A stretch of 64,000 bases of DNA from NCBI GenBank assembly GCA_002633005.1, contig NMRA01000033.1:809357-873356 (forward strand), read 5' to 3'. Positions 41,401 to 53,400 of the stretch are shown here, one piece after another. This DNA comes from Phoronis australis (taxonomy: Eukaryota; Animalia; Phoronida). The translations under genes were made by a program, and so were the position numbers. Position 1 is the stretch's first letter, and each line of letters starts with the position of its first letter. Below the pieces are notes generated by a model. That model was not told where the DNA came from. It was given only the letters and a program-made list of their open reading frames with translations, and ran no database searches.

Positions 41401-44400
41401 CACTGAAACATGAAGGAGAGATGTATTGACAGGGTCATATAGGGGCACTAAACATGGCATTGTAAGAAATTTACTGAAAGGGGGCAAATAGGGGTACTGA
41501 AACATGGAACAGTATGCAGTATAAAACATGGAACAGTGCAAGAAAATAAAAAAGGTGTGGAAAGGGCACTGTAAGCGTGATCAATCAAACTTGAGTCTTG
41601 CACAAAGACATACACTTCAACCTGAAGGAAAAGTCATTGACAAATAAGTGGTAGGAAAAACTGAATAATGCAGAGTGACAAACTTTAAGATCAATAACTC
41701 TAAAAGTTCCTGATACTGAGAAATACATTTGAAAACATTAAATCTGCCAAAAAACATTGCGTTAAAAATACTAGATAAATGCGCTGATATGGCTAGCACC
41801 ATGACATCCTTACATGGTGGAGGAGCTCCTGTCTTGGGTCTACACATCAGACAATGATAACCCATATCTGATGCCCTCTCTAGCTCATCATCAGTCCTCA
41901 GTCCATCACACAAACCATGCAGCCACCTGCAACAGACAACACAGCGTGTACAGCCACAACATAATTCACTCAAGGGGTTAACAGAGTGATGCAGTAAGCC
42001 GTTGCCTTAAGGTCTACATTTTTAAGAGTGTTCTTAGACGACATCTCACACCTGCTCAACATACAAAGACAGTGTTGCAAATACAGTGCTTCTACATACC
42101 TTTTACACTGCCGACAGCAAAATTAAAACATAAATGGCATGTTTTCCATGAAGCAATGGGAAGAGGCATACAATACATCATATGGCTAAAACATAAACTA
42201 ACCTGTCACACTGTGTACACTGGAGTATAGCCTCCTCTTCCTTGTACTTCTTATTACATACTGGGCACATTGTAATACTGCAGCATGGTGCACACTGTGT
42301 GTAGTTGTTCTGCCACAGACAGCCAAAGCCTGGCGACTTGCTACCACAGTTCATACAGATAACACACCTGCAAGTGAAGTGGACCGCCTTATTGACATAG
42401 AAAGTTACTTAAACCCAAGAAGTACCAGCACCATATTAGAGAAAACACGACTTGATGACTAAAACAACAATCATGTAGAAGGATATGTGAAGTAACTTTT
42501 TGCGTAACATCACATCCCCACCAGAATACAGAGCAAAGAAAGGCTGAAGGTAGTTTCACTGTTCATCAATACGAATAGAATACCAGACTAAGATTCTTGC
42601 AGAGATCTAGACAAAAGTAAGATCATAAGCCTGGCCGTTAATTACATTTGGCACTAACATTAACAATACATTATATAGTGTCATATCATTCACACTTTAT
42701 ATAGCCACAAAACAAACCTTCTTGAACGAAGAGAATTTTCAACGCATATATCATTCTATAACTTATTACATGTGTCACTGCAGGATAGCACACCTACCGT
42801 TTGCATTTCCACGTGCCCTTGGGTACTGTGGTCAGGGGTGGGTCCAGGCAGTAGATATGGAAGCTGACGTCACACTCATCACACAGCAGGAGGCGACCCT
42901 CGTCATGGGGCTTGCCACACCCCTCACATACAGTACAGTCGAGACACCTCCAGCCCTTCTCCAGGATCACACTGGTCACCTGCAGAAGTAGGTGTAAATG
43001 GATCCTCTTCAACACGGGTCTCTTTCATTAAAATTGACGCAATAGACTTAAACCAGAAAAGTCACCTTACTCTCAGCATTACAATAACTGAATTTCCAAA
43101 ACACAATTTAACCCTAATTCAGCAAAATGCAAAGTCCCTATTAAGAGCATACCTGCAATTACTGAGTCATCAGGTAATTTTGTGCATTAAGTTAGTGTAG
43201 ACACGCTTCAAAATCATGGCTTGTCTATCACTACTTCTGAGAAACAACGTGATATTTTAGGATAGTCTCATCAGGCAACCTCAAGTGCAAAATGTTTAAC
43301 TTTTAACACTATTTGTTCATACATAAAAAATGAAAACGTAAGAGAAGTGACAATACAGACGCACCGTTTACAGTCTACCTTCATTCCCTTAATCCCCACA
43401 GTTCACACACCGTCATGCTAACAATTAAGGGTTGCTAACACTAGCCGCCCTGCACATCTACTATTAATCTGCACTTTTAGCCACAACTCCACGGGTCAAG
43501 TCAGTCACAGGGCTTGGAATGACCCATGGAAAAAAGAGAAAAATTCTCGAGTTGATGTGTCATTCTACAAATAGGTTTAGAAATATTTTTGTGTTGTAAA
43601 ATTTAACTGCAATTAAGTTATTTTTGCATGAATGAAGTCAAAATATTGAGATGAAAAAAGAGGAAAGTTGAAATTAAATAAGAAGAAATTGAAATCAAAA
43701 GAAGAAAACCTCTTATAAGAGGAAAAATCCAAGCCCTGCAGTCCCTCACCAATTGCACTCCTCCCACCTCCAGTGCCATTCCTTACTCACCTTGATGCTG
43801 ACACAGTACGGGTGATAACACTGGCCACATTGGGTACACACTATCAGTCTGCCCTCCTCCCCTCGCCCATAACTACCACAGCTGACACACATATCCTGTC
43901 CCAGTGTGTACATATCTCTGTACCCAGCCAACACCACCGTCGTCTGATGCTCGTCGCCGTCATCCTCTTTACTCTTACTACCACTGACCACGCTGCTGCT
44001 AGTCTCTGCCACACTAGTCTATAATACGTAACACGAGAATGTCAACTCTTGGGACAGACACCATGTGGTGCATCACTACCACATTGTCCGCTGATTTTTA
44101 CATTTCGACTGTTGTTTTCATTAACATTAATCAGTCAACCTTAATCACTTCAGTATCTCATTTTCTTTAAATTTTGTAGACACTACCCAACAGATGTACT
44201 ATGGTTTTACAAACACACATCTCAATAACTTACAATGGATGACAATCAAATGCCAAACAAGATTGCTTCGACTGACTGATACACACCTGCATGGGTGTCA
44301 GTTGCTGAATGGCTGCAGCCTTGAACTTCACTTTTGAGCGTTTTCGTGACGAGTCGAAAAGGGGACGCTTCTTCTTACCGAAGCACACATTTTTCGACTT

Positions 44401-47400
44401 TTTCTGTATGCCGAGGCCACGTGATTTCTTCCCAATGGAAGGTTTACCCTTGCCTTTACCATGTGGTTTGGAAGTGAACGTATTAGCACTAGTAGTCACC
44501 TCGTACTTCACGGAGTTGTTCTGTAAAATATAGAGTTTACAGTAACAGGAGATTTTTACACAGAATATATGCCATATTTGTGTGTATTTAGGCCCACAAG
44601 CCCGCACAAGAAATGTTTTTTCAAAGAAAATTGTTTCCTCAAGTGTTTCATAAAGGCCCACATGCTAAATAAATGTGCGTCTAGGCATATTAGGCAAGCC
44701 TATATAGCATTCGCAAGATTCTTCACTACATTCCATAAGCTAAAAAATGACTTGCACCAAGCTATATCCATGCCATCACTTCCAAGCATGGTTTTAGTCC
44801 AATGATTTTACTAAATGGTCCACGTATAGGTGCACGCACATAATTTCGAATATAGGCACAGATTCAACTATCAGCACATGGACCTAAATACGCATATAAA
44901 ATAGTGTAGTCTTCAGCAAAGCTTAGACATAAACCAAATAGGACAGGCACTAAATATGTACCACTGAGCTTTAATTTGAAATGCCATAAAGTCTGAAATA
45001 GATAGTAAGTTCCACGTACATATTCCACATCACACAAATGTCAGGCTTCAAAGAGGTAAAACGTGGTGAATTATAGTATTAGTAAATCTTCTGTTACACT
45101 CATCATCAGCACAGTCCCAAAAAATAGCACAGATGGCACTTAGTTTTAGAGACTGATAGGATGTGTATGCTGGACGTTTGGCTTCTAGCTGGCACACAAG
45201 AGTCTAAGAAAACGCTTTTTTGCACAAATTCATAGAATTACTCGAAATCGTGTTTATCAAACATTGATTAAAAGTAGATCTGAAAGGAAATGCAACACTG
45301 ACATACCTTTTCAAATGATCCAAAATCTATGTCAATACTGGATAGGGAGTCTTCGTTAAGCATCAGAGACTCCTGTGAGCTGATGAGTCCGTCATCATTA
45401 GCCGGAGTGCCCTCTTTAACACTGTTCTCTTCACCTAAACGTGTAGAAAACACATTGTTGATAACACGGCGCAATAACTACAATTTCATTGTAAGTACAA
45501 AGACCTAAACTCCAGTTTATGATAAGAATGCAAGTATTACTAAACAAGAAACATTAGTAGGGTTGGAGCATTGTGGAATTAAAACTGGATCCCAGCCATA
45601 ACTGATGAAACTGACGTAATGGTAAACAAAAGAAAAGATGCTAAAAGCAGCATAGTACTCAGTCAATGCACTTGACATACTCCACAGCAGAAAACAGACC
45701 TATCAAATATAATTTTTACTTTGGACACGCAACAATATTTATTTAATATCGTAAATTTTCCCCCTTGAACACTGAGGCAAGGTGTTACAACTAATGCGGT
45801 AAGATGGAATTCACAATATTTTTACTTTAAGTATGTAACAATTATGAACACAAAACCGCTGTCACACTAGTAGTGAATGATTCATGGCATCATATGTAAC
45901 CAACTCAACAACAACTGTAACAAAGCGTAATCTCGTGGCATTCAAATACAAATCACAGCTCCTTTTGGAGTGACTGCCACTGCTGGACACACATGGTCTC
46001 CATGGTTACTCACATTTCATCCCCAATAGATTATATATCCACAAGGGATCTTGGGAACGGAGGAGGTTAGATAGAGCGCTGTAATCTAAAGGTTGGCATA
46101 GGGTGAGTAAGATGAAGACAGCGCTCAGAAATATTATGTTTGTTTAACTTTTTTGCAGCCAGATTTTTTGCTAACTGTCATTTTATTGTAATCTCAACTT
46201 TACACCAATAAGTATGATCTTAGTGAAATGCAAGGAATATCATATCAAACAATGTTGCATAGCCGTATAAACGGAGCCACTTTCCACAGATCAGCTTGTC
46301 AAGGAGTGCCCCTTTAAGCACACACAACCACAAGGAACCATGGGGAGTTAGCACAGTGGACAGAGAAGTGTAAGGTAAGTAAAACAACGCAACCTTACAG
46401 ACACACAAAAATAGACGTATCTTGCCGCAATGAACTGTAGCAAGGGAGGTGGATAGACAGAGAGGTGTAATCCAACGATCAGTACAGGGCGAGCATCATA
46501 CAGGGTGTGCAAAAACGAAGTGAAAACACAGGTCTAAACATAGACCACCACTAGGGATATTATTTGCTAATTATCGCCACAGGGTGTGCAACATTTAGTG
46601 TACATATGCAACATACAGTAGTTTTCAAAAAACACTGATGGTTTACACTGAAATTCATCCAACTTTGTTTAAATTATGATGAAAACTCAAATGAAAATCG
46701 GACAAAGAACAAACCTAAATTGTTTGAAAATTAGCTGGAAAAGTTTGCCTATAAATTTCAGCGATTTTCTACTAGAAGAAATATTGTCTGCTTGAAAACT
46801 ACTGTAATGGACATTAAGACAGAGCACTTTGCTTAAGCTGTCAAAGTTGGGTGAGTAAATGATACGTCACACCCAGATCAGTGTGAAGGCAGGTCATCAC
46901 ACGACTGCTAATTGCTACTGTCAAGCAGTGCTCATTACATCGCAATAACAGCAAGTGTGGAGTTTGACAGTGTGTGTACCTTTGAACATATTAAACATGG
47001 CCAAGTCCTTGAAGTCTGCTTCATCGATCATGCTGTTGAGACTGTCAGTCAGGTTACTGCTCTCCTGGTCAGGGCACTCTATACTGTCCAGCTGTAACAA
47101 CAAACACAACAGATATGCAGTAATGGGTTGGACCACAGAGGCAGAAAAATATCAAAATTTGCAGTTAACTTAAACACATGAGTTACGCCAAATGTTGATA
47201 TGAGCCCACCGTGTGCCTCGCAAATGTATGGCAAAGGTATCAGGAGGTAACTTTTTCAATACTGGTGGTCTTGAAAAAGAGTCCACTGCAGGGCTCAACG
47301 CAAGCAAGTAAAATGCTCGAAAATACGAGTGGAAAAAGTAAAATGAGAGTAGAAAATTGACCTCATTCGTATGGGCACCGAGCGGACTTTCGGCGTTTTT

Positions 47401-50400
47401 TGGCCCCCACTTCTTAAGAGCCCAAATTACAGAATATGATTGGAAAATATGCAATCACTTGTATTTTCGAGCGGACATTTTCGCCTGTGTTGTGCGCTGC
47501 ACTGGGTGCAGTCTAGTCATCCGAAAATGCCGCAGCCTCACAAAAATTGCCAAGTACATTCTTATTCTTTATAGGAACACATTAGTTCTGTCAAGTTATA
47601 CCAAATGACCATGTGGTCACAGAAGCAGATGCAAAAATGTAAAATGGTCACAATGGCCACTGCAGTAGCCAGATTTGCCTGAAAGTTACACTCTCATTAG
47701 CAGGAAGACCACGCCCACCAAATTCAAAGATGATTGTTTTAAGAACTTTGAAAATACTGAGGTAGATGTAAAAAAACTGCCAGAAGGGGGCATAGCAGTA
47801 CTTGGATTCGTCTGAAAGTCAAGGTCAGTCTTGCTCTCTTCTATAAGAACATATCCTCAAATTTCATGACGATCCTTCAAAGAACTTGGTAGTGATTGAG
47901 GCAGGTGCAAAAAGCCAAAATTGTCATCATAGCATTCCATTCCGTCCAAAAATCCATGTCGGCCATGCTCTCGCCAATACGAACATCTTCAAACCGTTTG
48001 GAAAATAGGGAGACAGATGCCAGGAAACGGAAGCAATGAGACGCAACTTGCAAGGCAGACGTCTTCAAAGTGTCCAGATATACCCCCCTTCCTACAAACA
48101 CGTCTGTCAAATTGCGGAAAAATCCACAGAGAGGCTCGGCAGACATAAAAGCAATTGGAGGAAACTAATTTAAATAGGTGGCACTTCAGTACCCAAAAGT
48201 CATCCTCATCTTTTGCCAAATTTCACAAAGATACAAAAATGGATGCCATAATACTGGATGCTCCTATGGAATTGTCTACAGTACGAGTCCACATACGTCT
48301 ACTGTAAACACATAACAGAATTGACTCAATGTTTCAAAAACAGGCACGAGAGTAATTCATTAAAAGTGTTGTGAAAGAAACTCAGTATTTGGTTACTACA
48401 TGAGATAGAGAACACTTATTTATTTTAGCAAACCTAAAATCTAATTCAGGACAACACTGGGACACAAAGTCAAATATTCAACACATCTGCATATCACAGT
48501 TGACTTTTAACTGTCAAATCAGGAGTCATTTAACTTTTTAGCTGTAGCACCCAATCAAAGCTGGATAAAAAGAGTGCGTGACCAAAAAACTGGGAATTCT
48601 GAGAACACTCAAGACACAAGCTAGCGAAGACCATCTTTGCAAGAATTCAATTTCCATGCTCAGAAACAACAAACATGACAATCACACAGAAAGGATGATT
48701 CCTAATGCTCACCTCTCTGGGGTCCCTGTTCTTGCATATTGGACACAGGTAACCGGATGGCTCGGAATCTCGTTGCTGAGCCAGCATCTCCTGAGTAATG
48801 CTAACATCACACTCAGCATGTACATACCTGAAATAAAAACGTTGCACATATCAAAACAACATAAAAAGTCTTAAACTGCCAAAAACAATGAAAAATAATT
48901 TAGAAACTTAAGAAAAATGCCATTTCTCTAACCAAAAATTGTAAAATTTTTACCTTCCCTGACTAAATCAGAAAAAAATGCGACTATTTTTTTGAATCTG
49001 TAGCAATGTGGCACAATCAAGCTAAAGTAGACCTACTTAAAAACTATCAGCCAATCAAGTTAAAGTGCATAAAAACTGTCAGCCAATCAAGCTAAAGCAC
49101 TTAAATAGACAGCCAATCAAACTAAAGTGCACTTACTTTTTACAGGCATCGCACAACATCATAGTCTTCTGCGTGAAGTGTCTGTAGGCCTTACAACATA
49201 GTGGGCAGGAAAGACCCTTGTTGCGTTGTTGGTAGCAGCTGTCACAGACGGAGTAATTGAGGTGCCAACGAGAGCTGGGTCCACTGCCTGGTGTACGCGA
49301 GCCACAGTCACCACATACACGGCAGTTCTAAAAGAGAGGGATACTCACAATGACGATTACGTTAAGTGTCAAAATAAAGCATATTTTTTACAGATCATGT
49401 CAGTTCTCTGGAGACTATGAAGGATTTCAATACGACGGAACTGATAGACGATCATTTTCAACCCACCTTGATTAATAACACAATTTTGAGTTTTTGTACA
49501 TCAAAAAATACAGAGACCCAGGTACAGGGGGAAAGAACAAGGAAAGGACTAGAACATGGAAAGTAAAAAATGACGGAGGGTGGGATAGAGAGTGGGACAA
49601 GTGTGGACCGTTACAATTCCCCTTAACATAAAGCACCCTATGTAAACCTTGCACTTACGCCCATTGTAAATATTACATTAATAATAAATAATAATTTTAG
49701 TACAGTGGTCATAACAAGCCTCAGACAGAAGGTGTGATAACCCTTCACACACAGTAACCATATTTACCTTACACTTCCAACCGTTCTTTGGTATAGTGGT
49801 CATAACAGGTCTCAGACAGAAGGTGTGGTACCCCTTGTCACATGTGTCACACACCAGCATCTTGTTGTCATCACCAGGTTGTCTACAATAGTAGGAGTAT
49901 TGAAATGGAACTCATGTTGAAATATTCTTTGCACAAAATTTGCTTCAAGAAACTACCATTTGATACTCTAGGAAATCAAATATGCCATAATGAACTGTAC
50001 ATTGAAGCACGAGTTATATAGTTTGTGGTTCTGATAACAAACATTTCGATTTGACGTCTCATGTTTCATCACAAGCAATTTCTTCAGCTATGTCACAGAG
50101 CAACTCAAACGAACATCACAAACGCATTTCTGAGTACCAACATACAACTAAAATCAAACACTATGATAGCAATCCCAGACGTAAAGATGACATCGCAAAC
50201 ACTATAAACAAAACCATAGCAACAAGCTCAAATTTACTCCCAGTGGCCAAACCTATTTTGTAATAAAGTGTGGTTGGAATCAGAAAGTATTTGTGGAAAG
50301 TACGGGGCGACAAAGTTCCTAGTTGACTGAGAACAGACAGTGTAACCTACCGACACGTCTGACATATCTTGCACTCCGGACACTGCCAACCAGCTCGCAC

Positions 50401-53400
50401 AACAGGGTTCACCTCCACCGGTGGGTCAAGACAGTTGCCATGGTAATGCTGGCCACAGCTGGTACAGAAGAGCTGCTCCAGTATATCACCAGGAACATCA
50501 CACACTACACAGCAAGCTTCAGTCCCGGCTGTAACAAAGACAAGTACGGTAATACATATTATGAAGTTTTGCTCTAACAAGTCCACGATTTGTCATGCCT
50601 TCATCTTTAACTTGTCTACAGTTTTTAGACAATGGGTCTTAAAGCCGCTACAAAAACATTTCTGATGTCAAAAAGATGACCATTCTTCATGTGCAAACTT
50701 TGCTCTTTCAAGCTAATGTCACGGCATTATAATCCCATGTTTGAATTCAAATTGGTCAAAATTAATATCCCTTTGTACATCTGCCACGGAGACGGAAACT
50801 AATCTGCTCGAACAAACAGTTAATTCAGGCTGGTTTAAAGCAATAACCACACGATAGTTCTTCTCAAGACTTAAAATAATTTACAATCTGAGTGAGACCA
50901 ACTTCAAAATAGTAAGTGGCTCAAAGATGTGTTGGACCTTACAGACAGGTCTGCGTATTACGCCAAATATCTAGACAACTAGATTTTAATTCAGAAATAT
51001 TTTCTGAAAGTAAAAAGCCAGTTGGATTTGATTTGACTTCTTTTCCAATCTGCTGTTAACACGGGCTCATGACTTTGTCTTTTAGTAACATTTAGTAAAA
51101 AAGAAAGGTACATTGATGTGAAAACAATTGTATCAATAACAAAATCAAATTTTATTTGATATAAATATTCAGGGTGAGATCTTATAAACGTTGTGACTGT
51201 TTTCTAAAAAATCATTTTGTCTTTGTTTTGCGCAACTTAAATTTTTTAGCCAAAATTATCAAAGTGCTACTTTTTGATAGCCCATCGTGCAAAAGTGGCA
51301 TATTTTAAAACCAATGCCTAACAGCGTTTTTGATAGCAGTGCATAAAGCATAGCATCCGAAAGGTTTGTATGAATCTGATCAGCCATTTCTCAGATATGA
51401 TGTTCCGAATTCAGCCAAATTTGGACATTTTTCTACGGTCCTACATGACTTTAAACCAAACATTCGATTTTTGACAGAAGGCGCAAGACTTTTATCCTTT
51501 AAATATCGGCCTTAAGCACAGCAGGAACACTGGTACAGTAGGACTATCGTTATGTTACAAGCTGGTAACTCACCAATAGCTTCTGCCTGGTCCGTGTGTT
51601 CAGGACAGAGTAGCGTCAGGGTCTTGATGTCTTGGAAGCAGCCACTGCCGGATGCACATGGGTAGTGGTAACGTTTGCTGCACTTCTGGTAGCGACAATG
51701 GATGGTAGCACCATAATGACGGCAGAAGCTGCACTTCTGTAAAGTTAAGACCAGACATGGTGACGGGGGCTAGGAACACCTTCACTCACTGACGAATGGT
51801 ATCAGCTATAAGCTGTCAAAATACTAGATGGAATTCACCCAAACACGTAGCACTTAAGCAGAGACTTCTGGCCATCATTCATGCATGGTGGTCACATGAT
51901 ATCTGATGATGTAACGTCGGCAGCAATTTGCATAATGCTCAATTCCATGATTTTGATTGATCACAACTTAGTACCTGAATATGAAGATCTGTCCATGCGG
52001 AAATTGTTGTTAAAATTGCTAACTTGAGTTACTGGGATGTCACAATACTTACAGTGGTAAGCCCTGCAAAAACAACTGTCTACTTTCCACCTGTCAATAC
52101 TACATTCTAAACTTAGGTTATAATGCCAACACCCTAACTATATGTGGGATGTCATGCTACTTACTGTGGTAAGCCCTGCAAACACTGCCTTGTCAACATA
52201 CAACAATGAATAGTCCTCAGCCTGCAGTACACCCTCTGACCAGGCAGCACAACAATGGTGGGCTGTAGTGTGACCTGAAGTATAGTTCAACAGTACAGCT
52301 CTACAGCATGCTACATAGACACAGACAGAATGCCAAGGCCCTCAGTCACCACAATAAGTTAGCAGCCATAGACTGGGGCGAATTTTTTTACATCTCTCTC
52401 AGGTACGTGGCCCGAATTAAATCAATATGAAAATTGGGAGAATTGACTTCAACAGTAACATACATATGTTGACCTTTGAATGTAGGTTTAAGGATGGCAA
52501 ACGGTGTTCCTAAGTGAACAGTGAAAATCAAAGAAGTCTATCAATAGCACAATGGTTACATGTATGGTCTGGTGGTTGACGTTTTCATGAAATAATTACT
52601 CTATGCAAACTGAACCTCCATTGACTTTACCTGTAGGCTCAAACAACTCTGTGAGTTGTGTATTCTCTGGATAGCCAACTGTGTTAATCTCGTCCACGGA
52701 AGCAATTGGTCGTCCCTCTTCATCGACCAAAGTGTGAGGGTTAGGGCGGCGAGGGGATTTGCTTCTCTCCCTAGCCTGCTTCAAAGGCCCACGTGACCTC
52801 CGCCAGGTTAGTGGCTTGGGGCTTTTATCTCCGCGTTCGTCAAATTCAGTTGAGCCTCGCCTTAGCTGCTGCTTCAGTTGTTTCTTGAACGGATTGAAGT
52901 TGGGCGTCGGTTCATAGCGCATGATGTCACCTTGACCCAGAAGGCTCTTCTCGCCACAGTTACACAGAGCGCACATCAACTCTGACCTGAATACAGTAGA
53001 AAAGTAAATCCAATCCCATGCGAAAAACTCAGTACATGACACATTTGATCTGAATACAAAAGGTTAACTTAGCACTATCTATGTGCAGATGGTGCACATC
53101 TACTAGAGCCAGAAATCGGTGAATTTTGAAATAAAAATTTCAGCTAATTTTCACAAAGTGTTATTTTTCATACAGTTGTCTTCTGGGTTTTCCCCATAAC
53201 TTTGACAAAAATGCATGACCCTGTTTGAAAACTAAGACGATCAAATTTATTAAGACATAATTTCAATATACCAACAGAGCAAGACTCAAGTAAAGGTAAA
53301 ATGCAATGACACACAGCAATGCACGAGTTCCGGTTAGAACATGCTTTCATTTGATAAGCAGGTTTTACTCCAATTCAACCCACCTTCATTCAAATGTAGC

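Noticed and set aside
47877-48219. Intronic ORFs as a nested gene
   Set aside because: No recognisable homology; more likely decayed repeat sequence.
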